From contig OZ024748.1 of NCBI GenBank assembly GCA_964016885.1, positions 50,840,001 to 50,904,000 of the forward strand: DNA of 64,000 bases, given 5' to 3'. Under the pieces are notes generated by a model. That model worked only from the letters and a program-made list of their open reading frames with translations, was not told the DNA's origin and did not search any database. Of the stretch, positions 41,840-56,479 are shown piece by piece (the stretch's first letter is position 1; each line of letters opens with the position of its first letter). The translations under genes and the position numbers were made by a program. Source of the DNA: Eledone cirrhosa (Eukaryota).

Positions 41840-41930
<91 letters not shown>

Positions 41931-42082
41931 AATACATAATATATATTATATATAATTATATATATTATATATAAATACATAATATATATATATATATTAT
42001 ATATATATTATATATATATTATATATGTATATATATATTATATATATATTATATATATATATTATATATGTATATATATAAT

Positions 42083-42119
<37 letters not shown>

Positions 42120-42236
42120 ATATATATTATATATATATTATATATATATATATATTATATATATATTATATATATATATTATATATATATATATATTATA
42201 TATATATTATATATGTATATATATAATTATATATAT

Positions 42237-42269
<33 letters not shown>

Positions 42270-42276
42270 ATATATA

Positions 42277-42325
<49 letters not shown>

Positions 42326-42333
42326 AATATATT

Positions 42334-42365
<32 letters not shown>

Positions 42366-42461
42366 ATAATATATTTATATATATTATATATATATTATAT
42401 ACGTATATATATATTATATACGTATATATATATTATATACGTATATATATATTATATACGT

Positions 42462-42513
<52 letters not shown>

Positions 42514-42711
42514 TATATATGTATATATATATAATATATATAATATATATATATATTATATATGTATATATATATAATATATATATATAATATATATATA
42601 TATGCTCAAGAACACAACATGCAACCCAGGAATCGAACCCATGACATTATCATCGTAAGTCCAACACTCTTACCAATAGGCCACGTGCCTCTCTCTGCCC
42701 CCCTCTCTCTC

Positions 42712-42750
<39 letters not shown>

Positions 42751-43028
42751 TATATATATATATTATATATATATACTATATATATATATTATATATATAT
42801 ATTATATACATATATAATATATATATATATTATATATATATACTATATATATATATTATATATATATATTATATACATATATAATATATATATAATATAT
42901 ATATATATTATATATGTATATAATATATATATATAATATATATATATAGTATATATATATAATATATATATATATTATATATGTATATAATATATATATA
43001 TAATATATATATATAGTATATATATATA
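41840..43028. repeat. Very long degenerate (TA)n field with an inverted SINE S1 head at 42603-42715
   Basis: 42603-42715 is the reverse complement of about 43320-43432. Confidence 0.9.
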
Positions 43029-43030
43029 AG

Positions 43031-43248
43031 GTGAAGGCGTGTGGCTGAGTGGTTAGAGTATTGGATTCAAAATCGTGAGGTTGTGAGTTCGATTCCTGAA
43101 CCAGGCGATGCGTTATGTCCTTGAGCAAGACACTTTATTTCACGTTGCTCCTTCTACCTGGAGTTGCGACCGATAGATAGTATTAGCAATTGGAAAGACC
43201 AACGGAAACATAGTTTCCTCGGTCCGATTTGACTAAAATGTCGATCGA
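43031..43248 (+). mobile_element. tRNA-derived SINE family S3, full length
   Basis: A box TGGCTGAGTGG, B box GTTCGATTCC; further copies at 51974-52189(+) and 51355-51525(-). Confidence 0.9.
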
Positions 43249-43282
43249 CTAGAAAAAAAAATATATATAATATATATATATA

Positions 43283-43323
<41 letters not shown>

Positions 43324-43344
43324 GAGAGAGAGGGGGGCAGAGAG

Positions 43345-43627
43345 AGGCACGTGGCCTATTGGTAAGAGTGTTGGACTTACGATGATAATGTCATGGGTTC
43401 GATTCCTGGGTTGCATGTTGTGTTCTTGAGCAAAACACTTCATTTCACGCTGCTCCAGTATACACAGCTGAAAATGAGTACCAGCAACAGCTGGAGGTTT
43501 AACCCTGCGATGGACTGGCGTCCTGTCCAGGGGGTAGTCTTGTACTCTCAGTCGCTTCACGCCATGAAACCGGGATAAGCACCGGCCAAATGAGCCTTCT
43601 GGCTTAAGACAGACATTAGACATTTTA
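43345..43627 (+). mobile_element. SINE family S1, full length
   Basis: A box, B box GGTTCGATTCC, Meta-like body. Confidence 0.9.
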
Positions 43628-43659
43628 GATATATATAAATATATATATATATAAATATG

Positions 43660-43737
<78 letters not shown>

Positions 43738-45829
43738 TGTGTGTGATTGGCTGCCTGTGTATGCATTTCCGTTTGTATATGTGTCTTTGTTTATATCCCT
43801 TCACCTAGAGATGCGACAGAAGAGTGACGGATAAAATAAGTAACCAACATGAAAACATAAGTACTGGGGACGGTATGATATACTAAACCAAGAAATGCCC
43901 TCGCATGGCCGCAGTCGAATTACTGAAGCCAGTAAGAGTATGAACGAATAGAGTAAAAACATTAGCAAGTATAGTGTAAACTAGAAGCTTTACACTTAAT
44001 TTACTGATGAAAAAAATCATGTGGTGCAAAGGAAAATTGAACGATAGAAATATTTATTTTTCTTCTTCTCGTAGTTCACTTCTGGGTAACTCTGTAGTGA
44101 AACGCTTCGTGTTGTTTTACAGGTAACTTTGATATTTGATAGCTTTTCTAATTTTTTTCTCACTTTATTTAAAGACGTTGGTATTTAATCATTTCACTAA
44201 TTTTACTGCAACATTCTATATATTTCTGTTTTTCTTATTTTGTTTTAATATTTAAAATCTGAATTTTAAACTTTATGCTAAGCTTAAGTTATTTTCTCAA
44301 TATTTCTACTTTTTTTAATTCTATATTTTGTTCGACCTGTCTAAATTTAGAATTTAAACTAAACCCTTTCACTATTTTATACTAATTTACTTTCAACAAT
44401 GAAATTATTATTATTTATTTTTTTAGACATATCTCATTTTAAGTTAAGCCTCTCGCTAATTTTACAGATTACTTTCAATTATGAAAAAACTTTTTTTTTT
44501 TGAGAATACAATCTTTTAAAATTTGCATTGAGAATGTTTTTGCTTTTGTGTTTTAGGGGGATTTTGATTACTTGCTTTAGAATTCTTTAATTTCCTTCTT
44601 TTTTTTTTTAGTTTCAGATATGAGCAAATTTTCGAGTGAAACCCTCTCTTACACTAATTTTTACGTGATTCATTACAGAAGTATTTTGTTGCCAGTTAAT
44701 GCCTATTCTCTGTCTGTGTAATTTTTAGTTTATTGCTGCTTCATATGAATATTGATTGGAAAGTTACTTTAATAATAGTTATAGGACGAAAACTAACTCA
44801 ATTAATTTTCTACCATCAGTTATGGTGCAAGAAAAAGAAAAAAATATAGAAGCAAAGATAGAAAGAGAATGATCAAGAGAGAGAAAGGGAGAGCAGCAGA
44901 GATTTAGAGGGGAGTGAAAATATAAAGAAAATTGAAATACAGATTTCTATTAATATAAAAGAAAAATACACATATAAAAGAAAACAATTAGTAAACGGCG
45001 ATATAAGGAAGAAAAACAACAAAAAATATATTTTAATAATAATAAAAATAAATAGTAATTTATTAATTTTTCTTCTTTTTCTTCCTTCATTCATTCAACT
45101 TTGAGAAATTAATCAAACTAATTAAGTGAAAGTGCTAAAGAAATGGTCTTTAGCCTACTACTATGATTAATGGGTGTATTAAAACTTTCGTCAAGTGCCT
45201 GTGTCTTTTTTTTTTGTTTCGTTTGTTTTGTTTATAGTTTCATTAATTTTTAGAAAGGGTGTGGAAGGACCAGTGTAATGTACAAACTGATACTGGTGAT
45301 GATGGGGGTGAAGGTGGTACTAATGGTAATAATGATGCTGATACACATAACAGTTACGTGTAGACGAGAGGGGTGGAGCTTTAGGATAGGGTCAGGGGTG
45401 ACGAATCAACAGCTTCATTTTAATAATATTGTTGATGTTCTTAATGTTTTTTTTGTCTTTGTTATAGTTGCTCCTCTTCTTCTCCTTCTTCTTCGTTATA
45501 AAGTTATCAGTTTTAAAGCCATTCACTCAACATAGTTGCGTTAGATCCCTTTTGCGTCGTAATGGTTAATTAAAGTTCAGCTTTGCAAAAATGAAAGAAA
45601 AAATGTGATGTAACAAGATAAAACAAAATAGAAAAAATAATAATATAGTAAAAACAACAACAACAACAACTGATTTTTGAATCTCCATGCGTCTATTTTA
45701 TTTATTTATTATTATTTTTGTTTTATTCTCCAAATTAGTTCATTCCTTTGTTGCTAAAAGATTTCTGCTTTTCGAAATCAACAAATCCAACAATGAAAAT
45801 AACAGCATGAACAGCAATAATAATGTTTT

Positions 45830-46012
45830 CTAATATTTGGCACAAGGCCAGCAATTTTTAGGAGAAGGGAAAGCCGAATATATCAACCCAAGTACGTGAC
45901 TGGTATATTATTTTGTCGACCTCATCGGGATTTGAACTCATAAAGGACAGAGCCGGCACAGATAATGCTAAGCAATTGTTCAACGTTCTAGCGACTTAAC
46001 CAATCCACGACC
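45830..46012 (-). mobile_element. SINE S2-related copy
   Basis: ggcacaaggccagcaatt..ctggta..gtcgacc..ggatttgaactca. Confidence 0.75.
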
Positions 46013-46363
46013 CTAAGAAACGCAATAATAAAGGAGTGTCTTTGTTATTCATCAACCTGGCTATAAATTGATCTCGAAACTTCCACCAATCAGAAACTGC
46101 CATGTTACAGAAGGTAGATTGAGTAATGTGATCCAAGATACGCAATTATGAAAAAAAGTCAAGATAGCTAATATCTACAGCTTGAATACATGTGTCCTCG
46201 AAACAGAGTTGAGCTGAGATTGAACAACAATAAGATTCTCAACAACCACAGCCATAATCTGGCTATAATCCTACTTCCATTAAGTGTTAGCACTAACTAC
46301 CAGACTCAAACAATATGATCTATTGACTAGTTGTATAATATCATTTTCTTGGAAACGTTTAAT

Positions 46364-46790
46364 CTTCTTCTTCTTTTCCTTTTTTTCTTTTTCTTTTTCT
46401 TTTACTTTTTCTTTTACTTTTTCTTTTACTTTTACTTTTACTTTTTCTTTTTCTTTTACTTTTTCTTTTTCTTTTTCTTTTTTTCTTCGCACACTTATTC
46501 CTGGGAGGGTCGTGAGGAAAGAATCCTCAAGTACTCCTTCCAGCGGAGCCTTTCAGAAGTAACCGTCACCAATTGATTTGGCTGGTACCCCAAGAGAGAT
46601 CAGCCGAACTCCTGGATGTTATCCAACCTTCTTGCTCGGGATCTAAACCTGGGTTTCCTGCCGTGTTGTGCCCATAAAATCTCTCTAGGGATTCTTGCGC
46701 TCATGAATGTTATCCAACCATCTTGCACGAGGGAGGGTCTACTCGTGGGTCTCCTGCCTTTGAGTTTACCTGTAAAATCTGTCCACCTTT
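46364..46790 (-). mobile_element. RTE-like LINE 3' end with expanded GAAAAA/GTAAAA tail
   Basis: Minus strand GKLKGRRPTSRP../PRARWLDNI and a second SRARRLDNI match the RTE-type G.R..GRP..RW.D.I C-terminus. Confidence 0.65.
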
Positions 46791-46799
46791 GAGACATTT

Positions 46800-47770
46800 G
46801 TTTCGACACAATACTACCTGAATTCAAATACAACCAAGATCAACTTTGGATTTCATTCTTTCGGTGTCAATGAAATTAAGTACCAGTAAAATACTGGAGT
46901 ATATATAATTGATTTTCCCCTTCTCACAAATTTATAACTGTTGGCCAATGCTAGAAAGAATTATTATTGGCCTATTATGAGGGATTGGGAGTACCGGGAA
47001 AGAGTCAAACACTATGCTTTGCAGCATAGAGTTATGGCCATTTACGTTCTGAGTTCCAATCCCGCCAATATTAACTTTGCCTTTCATCCTTACGGGGTCG
47101 GTAAAAACAAAGCACCAGTAATACACTGGGGTGATTTAATCTACCCCCCTCCCCCTAATTACTGGCCTTGTGCCTTTAGTAGAAATCATTATTGACGTAA
47201 AATTGAGCAGAAACGTTAGATCGTTGGACGAAATACTTTGGAACATTTGTTCTGTCTCTTTACGTTTTGAGTTCAATTCTTGTAAAGGTAACTTTGGATT
47301 TCATCCTTTCGGATCGCTAAGTAAAAGTACCAGTCATGTACTAAGGTCGATATGGTTGATTTTCCTTCTATTTATTTTGTTGATCTTATGTTTAAGTTAG
47401 AAAGTGACACTGAGAGATACAAAACAATAATTATCTTTCGGTATTTTCTTAATTTAGGAATTTCTATTGTTGGCATTCTTCCCCCCAACACGGATTTGTG
47501 CGTGGGATGGGGTTGATAGGGTGGTAGAATTGGTATAAATAAAACTGTGGAGTATGGCGGTGTATTGACAGAATCGTTAGAGCGTCGAACAAAATGTGCA
47601 GCAGCACTTGTTCTGGTTTTTACGTTCTGAGTTCAAATCTTGCTGAGACCAACTTCGTCTTTTATACTTCTGGCGTCTATAGAATAAAGTACCAGTCACG
47701 TACTGGTGGCGATATAATCGTTTTTACACTTTCCTCAACATTTCTGGCCTTGTGCTTCAATTAGAAACCG
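46800..47770 (+). mobile_element. Cluster of 4 SINE S2-related copies
   Basis: Repeated gagttcaa..aacttt..tttcat..aagtaccagt. Confidence 0.8.
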
Positions 47771-49092
47771 TTAATATACTTCAGTCGATACATTTTATTT
47801 GTATTGTAATAGCTTAGGGTATTGGATTGATTTGTGCCCAAATTCCTCGCAAATATATCTTAATTTAAATTCTGTTGAAACATTTAAAGTAAAATTTACG
47901 TGAAAAATAAAAAAAGATGAATAACAGACAAAATACGAAACAGCGATTATGTGTGATAGACGTTAATTCGTTCGATTGTAAAGTGTCTATCCCTACCACC
48001 CTCTCTCTTTCTGTGTCGCTCTCTCTCTCTCATCCCCCATCCTCTCTCCTTCTCTGGAATAAATCAGCTTTGTTCAGAATCGGAAAGGAGATGTGCTCCG
48101 CCAGTTTTAATGTGCACTAGTCACGCCGTATCTCTCAACGGTGTCACAACGATTTCATCAGAGTTACGGGTTCATACATACAATATGTATACGGACATAA
48201 TATAAATAGAATTATGGAATGGTTCAGCAGTACGATTCTGGAACAGAAGTGAAATCTCTCACAGAATCGTTGCCTGGCGTTATGAAGGGACAAAAAGGAA
48301 ACACACAGAAACTCTGTCTGAATAAAGAACGAGGAAATAGTTACGGCTGAAAAACCTTTAAACATGTCTTCTCTCTCAAATCTGAATAGAATCTGACAGC
48401 AAAAACAACACATCAATTTATAATACGGATACATTTAACCCAGATGAAGCTCTACACTTCTAAACTGGTACTTCAATGTACTTTAGAACTAAGATTCTGT
48501 GTATTACTGCACTATACGACGTTCAAAAATTGTTAGAATAGAATGCTTTGATCGTCGAATAGAATGCTCTGCCGTATTCGTTTCAGTTCTCCACTCTGAG
48601 TTCAAATCTAGACATGGTTAACTTTGCCTTTCATCTATTTGCAGCCGATAAAAAATACTGTTCAAGGACTGGGGTCGATTATTTCTATTCTTTCTCACTT
48701 CCATTCTCTCCCGCTTTATCCTTCTCTGAATGAAATCTGCAGTATTCACACTTGGAGAGGATTGGTCTCCGCCATGTTTAAAAATGCCTTAGAAACGCCG
48801 TATGGGAATACAGTGCCCCTGCGACTTTGACTCCCTTAGGAATGACGGGTCCAACCATATATAAAAAAGTATGTTATAATTGTTTCTACTTTTACAACAA
48901 GGCCAGCAATTATCTCTACATCACTGGTACTTTATGTTATCGATCCCATAAGGACGAAAGGGAAATGAAAGTGTAATAATGTGGCGTTACTGTTGCTCAT
49001 TGGCTCCAGATAAACCCTGAGCCAGCAAATCGCCGCCTATTGCATACTTTACTTAAATACAAATACAGCTCACATTATATATGAAATAACAG

Positions 49093-49280
49093 GGGATTGG
49101 CAGTACCGGTAGAGCATCAGACACCTTGCTTTGCAGCATAGAGTTATGACCCTTTACGTTTTGAGTTCAAACCTCGCCGAGGTTAGATTTGACTTTCATC
49201 CTTGCCGTGTCGACAAAATAAAGCACCAGTAATACACTGGAGTAATTGCTGGCCTTGTTCCAAAAGTAGAAACAATTATA
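49093..49280 (+). mobile_element. SINE S2, full length
   Basis: S2 consensus. Confidence 0.85.
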
Positions 49281-51973
49281 TATGGAATAACAGATCTGTG
49301 CATCGTTCCTAGTCATCTGCCGAGCTACATATATGATATAAGATGTCTACTATATCAGGGTTAGATTAGTAATTAGTAACAATGAATATTGCTGTATATC
49401 CTGCTACACCAGACTTAATTGAGCATCTATTAGTACGGCTTTCTTTTAGCTAGATTTCTTGGCAATCTACTCTCCTATGACTCTCAGCTGCAGCCTTCTG
49501 TCCTCTAGAAATTTAGTGAAAGAACTGGTGACATTCATGGGTATCACACGGATGTTATTATTGGGAGTACACGTAGAAGGGAATGATTCGAAACCGGGTC
49601 ATGATTTGTATTTACCAGATTCTTACGTATATCTTTCTCCCTTACTTATTAGGTTTTTAAAATTTATTTTTTGTGACGGTTGTCACAATTTAAAGAAAAT
49701 ATTGATCAATGTGTGTACACCTTTAAGCTATCTTTCTCTCGTTTTTGTAATGTGTTTCCTGCAAATCAAACCAGAATAATCTCTCCACAAGGAAATAAAA
49801 CTAAATGAATCAAGATATCTAATTTAAAACAAATAAATAAATAAAAATAATTACAATCTCAGCCGTTCAAACATACACACATATTCAACATACAAGCATC
49901 TACACACAATCAAAGCTATACACATATACAAAGATACCACATATAAACATATACACACATATACACACATACAGAGGCGCACAAACACTCACTCAGTCAT
50001 TCATTCAATCACACTGTTCTTTTCAAGAAGTCTTAAACAGCGTGGAGAAGGCATGGCGTATGATGAAAACCCGACGCTTAAAGCGCTTCTATGTTTTCTT
50101 TAGCGGACACATCACACATGTGGAAACCGAGTCAAAATTAAGAAGACTTTCAAGTTGAAGATATGAAATCGTTAATAGAAAATACCATAATTTAATCATT
50201 CGAGTTAAATCTTAATCACCATCGAGGTTGTCACGCTGGTGTTGCGTTCGTTTGCATTCTCCAAAAGTTTCGAATAGGAGGAAGAAATCAAGACTTTGAT
50301 TATCAATTCACTGAACTGCTTCAAACGGTTTAAATGTGATGTTAATGCTGTTGTAGTATGTGTTGTTGCTATAGTCTTTATTATTATTTTTTTGTCGTAA
50401 TGAATATTCACATTGCAAGGGAGGGGGTATAAAAAGAACAGAAAAAGAAAGGGCAGTGGTAGGAAGCGAGAGAAAAAGAAAAAAATGAGATTAAATGTCG
50501 TTGACTTTATTGTGGACATCATAACAGATGGAAAAATTATGTTCGCGTCAACCAAATTAAAGATGTGTTTTGTAACAACCATACTTCTATTTAAGAAACC
50601 AAAATTCTATGACGCGCTTTTGATTTTGAACGTTATTTTTAATGCTACTCATGCTTTAGAAATATAGAGTATGCTAATGTAAGATTTACTAGCTCCAGGA
50701 TTAGTCTTTATTTTAGTTACTTGAAACATTCATCTCCGGCTTTGTTATTGTATCTCAGATTTTAGTTTAAAAAATATAGTAACAAACATTTGTTTTGTTT
50801 TTTAGACCAAATATTAGCTGTGGCGCTAACACACTTTGACTTATAATAGTGGTGTTTATGGAATTATATACAATGTATAATGAATATATATAAATCTTGC
50901 TATAGGTAATCTAAATTGAAATCACGTCATAGCTACCTATGTAGCCGTGTGAGAACGCCAGCTACTAGCATTTCTCAAGCTTTATTCATCATCAGTGACA
51001 TTTACGTCCTCGATACTGCAGTTTACATATGGTTGTGTTAACATTCTCTGTTGACCAAGATGCCAATGTGTAGATTAATTCACTGTCGTTTAGTCCAGTA
51101 CATCAATCTATCACAATATATTCACCCAAGAATTTCCTATATGAGATGTTTATTATAACGTAATATTTTGTTAACAACTCTGCTAAGTGTATAAAATGCC
51201 AAGTAGGCAAGCGAAACTAAGGCAGTCAAATAGTGTACTTCTTTAAATTTCATTGTTAAATATTATAGCTTAGTTTTGGGGAGGGGTTTCTTTCGAATTG
51301 ACAAGATCCACTAAATGGAATGGAACTTATCAGATGGGACCAAGGAAGTAGGGCTTCCATTGGTCTTTCCAATTGCTGATGCTATCTACGGTCGTAACTT
51401 CTGGCAGAAGGAACAAAGTGATATAATGTGCTTGTTCAAGTACACAAAGTATCATCCAACCGGAGAATCGATGTCATAACGTCACGATTGTGAATCCAAC
51501 CCCTTAGTCTCTAGGCCACGCGCCCTTTAGCTTATACCTTTGAACTATACCAATGAACTATAATTTCACCACAGTGAAATCACCTAATAGTTAGATTCTC
51601 CTCTACAGATGATGGAATAATCCATGAAAATGTACGCCTTGAGCATCCGACACAGCACATTCGAGAACGTAAGACATGTCTATAGAATCTAATAATTCCT
51701 ACTTCGGTGCCAGTTTCTTTGAAACTCTCATGAGATTACAAATCTCATGAGAGGTGATATTGGACCAGGAACCCTACTTCCTAGACAGAAGGCTCCAGTT
51801 GATGGTTACAATAATTCACTCACTCACTATGCAACATTGTATGTATTTGTAAAGTTAGTAACTAAATAGAAATCAAATTTATCTGAAGTTAAGTAATAGC
51901 TGCTTTATATGCTGCAGATTATGGCCTCGTAATAAAGTCATACCCCCCCCCCACACACACACACACACATACC

Positions 51974-52188
51974 GTGAAGGCGTGTGGCTGAGAAGTTAGA
52001 GAATTAGATTCACAATATTGAGGTTGTGAGTTCGATTCCTGGACCAGGTGATGCGTTATGTCCTTGAGCAAGGCACTTTATTTCATGTTGCTCCTTCTAC
52101 CTGGAGTTGCGACCGATAGATAGTATTAGCAATTGGAAAGACCAACGGAAACATTGTTTCCTTGGCCCGATTTGACGAAAGTCGATCG

Positions 52189-52189
<1 letters not shown>
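51974..52189 (+). mobile_element. SINE family S3, full length, with (TATG)n tail
   Basis: Homologous to 43031-43248. Confidence 0.9.
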
Positions 52190-52219
<30 letters not shown>

Positions 52220-53866
52220 TGTATATAAATATGTATGTATGTATGTATATATATAAATATGTATGTATGCATGTATGTATGTATGTATATATATAAATAT
52301 GTATGTATGTATATATATATAAATATGTATATATATATATAGCTAAGATAACAAAATAAAGCAATACTGAATCAATAAGAGCTAATGCCAAGAAGAATGT
52401 GAGAAATATCTAAAAAAAATATATGGTCGGCAGAGGGCGGTGGTATCAATGTAGAGGGCAGTATGGAGCAGTCAATTATATCGATATATCGATCTCAGTA
52501 TTTCCCGTTATCGATAACGAAAGGTTAACAAGTAAAGTTGATCTCTGAGTGAGGATTTGAACTCAGAATCTAAAGAATTAGACGTTTTGCAGCGAGACAG
52601 TTTGTTCGACGCTCTACTGATTTTGCCAATCAACCGCCCTAAAAACAAAACATCCAAAAATCTCAAACTCCAAAAATAATTGCCAGAAAACAAACATGAA
52701 ACTAAAACAAAACAAAAACAAAAAAGATACAGAAAGATAAAACAAACTAATAAGAGCACACACACACACACATACACAAACATAATCACACACGATAAGA
52801 AAATACACACAGACAGGACAATGAGAACACACACAACCACTCAATAAGAAAATAATCATACACTGAACAATGAAATACACATAAACACTCAATACGAAAA
52901 TACACATACACTGAACAATGAATACACACATGCATACAAATAGTCACAGAGACACAATAGAACATACACACATTCAATAAGAACACACTCACACACCTAC
53001 ACACACACCACCCAAGCTATAACAATCAATATGAACAGCTAAACAGCAGCAACATCAACAGAAGCGGGATGAACATTTGTAGCTATAAAAATAGCGCAGC
53101 ATTTTAAATTAAGCAATAACCACATCAGCAACAACAAATATATGGTTACAGTTAGAAAAAAAAACAAAAAAACAAAAAAAAAACAAGAAAATTCACAGGA
53201 TAAAAAATTAAACTAAAAAAATAATTTAAAATGAACTATAGCAACAATATCCACATCAATGAGTCGAAGAGGGAAAACTCTAAATGTTTACTTGACATGA
53301 TAAAAATAGCAAGGGGTGCATTTTAGAAATGGTTTTTGCTAGAAAAAATGGTTGGATGATTACGGCTGGAACGCCGTTAAGCATAAGGTCAACTCAACCA
53401 GGGTGGACCTGGTACTTACGAAAATCAACAGCATTAAGAACATTAAATCTAACATCAACAACAACAACTAAATATCAACGGTCAGAACTGACAGACCAAC
53501 GGTCAGAGCAGCAGAGACAATTGTGATTAGTCTATAACAGCCAGTCCCAACCGGATTTCTCCGGAAACCCTTGGGCTCTGCAAGAGGTCGCTACGGATTC
53601 CGTAAGAAACAGTGATAAATAAACTTGATACGTTTTTAATCGACCTTGAATGGATGAATGGCAAAGTTGACCTTGGCGGGATGTGAACTGAGGGAGTAAG
53701 GTGTCGAAACGATTACTGCAAAGTGTTTTATCCGACGACCTAACAACTCTGACAATTCACCGCCTCACCTTCACCTTGATGAACAACCAAACACTCATCC
53801 CACAACCCGCAACACATCATTTTCCACACCTTCACACCGTTGTATGAGAGTCACTCTACATGGTCA

Positions 53867-54092
53867 TTCTGAATCCCTACCCGGTCATCCAGACCGCTGA
53901 AAATAGCAGCCAGATCTCCTTCCAATCATATCCTATCATCTTGAATCCCTACCCGGCCATCCAGACTGCTGAAAATAGCAGCCAAATCTCCTTCCAATCA
54001 TATCCTATCATCTTGAATTTCTTTCTACGCGGTCAGCCAGTCTGCTGAAAATAGTAGCCAACTCTCCCTCCAATCGCATGTTATCATCCCGA
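53867..54092. repeat. Tandem duplication (unit about 70 bp, 2 copies plus a partial third) in an interspersed repeat
   Basis: tgaatccctacccgg.catccagac.gctgaaaatagcagcca.atctccttccaatcatatcctatcatc repeated. Confidence 0.85.
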
Positions 54093-56479
54093 ATAAATAC
54101 AATACATTTAATAATGTATATAAAAGTAAAGAGATCCTTCACCGGTTTCGATGATGAGTATTCCAGTTAATCCATCAACTGAACTGCCCCCTGGATTACA
54201 ATATAATTGGATTACAATATAATTCACTGATTATTTCACGAACACGTTTACTCTCAACATAATCCCCCCCCCCCCCCCCCGGCATAATTATCATACTACA
54301 ATAGACATTCTGGTCGTTTGTATTACTGGTACAACCCATCCGACGGGCTTTCACACAATTTCCATCCACCCAGTCGACATGAACCTTTGGTCAAATCCAC
54401 GTACTTAAGCTGCTCCAAGGTGGGACTGAGCCCGATACCCCGTAGTTGTGAAATGAACTTCTTAAACCATCGCTCATACCTGAGACCAGAGAGCATATGG
54501 TTCTTGATATACATACAAAAAGACAGGGTGGTCAAAGTAGGAAACACCTTTTATCATACGTTTATTGAACGAATACCGACCAAAGAATAAAAAACAACCT
54601 AATGCCCACCGCAGCTAACTTTACATCTACGTCCAACATCAACACCATAGACCTGCCACCCTCGAAAAACCGACACGGGGAATACTAGGAAAATAAGTGC
54701 CCCAAAACGTGGAGAAGTGAAGCAAAATGGGGAGATTTTACTCAATGAAAGCTATACCCATTTTCACAAGAGAAGACATTTCTCGCCGACCACAAAGGCT
54801 ATTGTAAATGTCCCCGTCGGACGTGGAGAATTGATAGGTCTGTCACCATCACCGCCAACTGCGAACAACACCTTACGAACTAACGATGGATTATCTACAG
54901 GGATATTTGACCTGCTAAAAATAGCAGTTAATTCTCCCTGAAATAACCAACTACCGTTTTTACAAAAAAAAAGAAACTTTACGTAAAGCGGTTCTGGGAT
55001 TCGTTTACGTAAAATGACAAGTTGGTCACGGTTGGAATACCTTTGATCAGATATAGGTCTGTGCTAACGGAGATGAACTAGAGCTAAACTTCAACAGCAA
55101 TCAACACATTCATTAACACCACCATAACCACGAACTGTCGATATTACAGCGACCACCACTAATACTACCACCATCACCACTACCACAACAACCACTACAC
55201 AACCACCCCTTACCACCTCTATTATCTTCAGAACATCTCTATATCGTTCGTGCACAAACGCATCTGCATACACATCACGCAGTGAAATGAGCAGCAAACT
55301 AGCATTGTTTTTATTGTTTTTGTCTTATTTTTTATTTTAATTTTTGTTGTTGTTTCTTAATTTTAAATTTTTTTAAAATTTGCCGCTGTTTTTGTAATTA
55401 TTTTTTTTTTCTCTTATTCTTTCTTCTCTTCTCTTTCCTCCTACTCCCCCTCTCCTCTCTCCCTCCTCCCCTCCCCTTCCTATATCTCCTTATTCTTCTC
55501 CTTCCTCTTATTTTTGGTTTCTTTTCTTTGTTATTAAGCGTTCAATTTTAAAAGGTTTTTGGTCTTTAATTATTTGAATTAGGCGAGGAATACATAAATA
55601 AATAAATAAATTTGAAATTAAAAGAGCAAGAGAGGGTAAAAGGAGTAGAGGAGGTGGTTAAAGTGTTGGAGAGAGAGAGAGGGGGGAGATGGGTGATGAT
55701 GAGGGTGAGTGAGAGTGAGGGTGAGTGTGAGTGTCGATTAGAGAAATACGAGCCAGAATGATGTAAAAGCAATACAGAGACAAACAATAAAAGATATTTA
55801 GAAAGAGCGAGAATAAATTAGAGAGGGGGATAGAGTGGGAGAGAGAGGAAGGGGAGGGGAATTGGGGAAACAGAGAAAAGAGGGAAAGAGGAAAGAGTGT
55901 GAGATAGAGAGGGGGGATTAGACGAGAGAGTAAATGAAAGAGAAATAGTCAGAGATATGGAAGTAAGGAAGTGAATGAGAGATAGATGGAATGAGGGAGA
56001 GAGACAGAGACAGATAGTAGAAGATAGTAGAAGATAGAAATGAGAGAGAGAGTGAGAGAGTGAGAGGAGGATAATGAGAGAATGAGAGAGAGAGAGAGAA
56101 TGAGCGAGAGAGAGTAGAAGATAGAAATGAGAGGTTGAAAGGAAAATTGATGAAACGGAAAGTAAAAGAGATGAGAGAGAGAGAGAGAGAGGGAGAGAGA
56201 GCAAAATACTAGAGACATTAAGAGAGAGAGAGAGCGACAACAGGAAGTAAACAGGAAAATAAAGAGAGAAAGAGAGTGAGACAGAAAGGGAAAGCGGGAG
56301 AGGGAGAGAAAGAAAGAGTAAGGGAGAGAGGGGGGAAAAAGAGAGTAAGGGAGAGAGGGGGGTGAGAAAAATAAAAGGGGTTTATGTTAAACTGGAAGAG
56401 AGACTACGATGAAGGAAGTTAGAAGGAAAGAAAAACGAGAGAGAACAAGAAAGATATAGAGTAAGAAGTAGAGAGGTGA

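Noticed and set aside
43031-43105. tRNA-like sequences at SINE heads (also 28764, 43345, 51974)
   Set aside because: A/B boxes run into SINE bodies with no acceptor stem or terminator; these are SINEs, not tRNA genes.
48144-50400. Short open frames in unique-looking islands (48.2k, 50.0k)
   Set aside because: No homology recognised and no paired splice sites; more likely non-coding.
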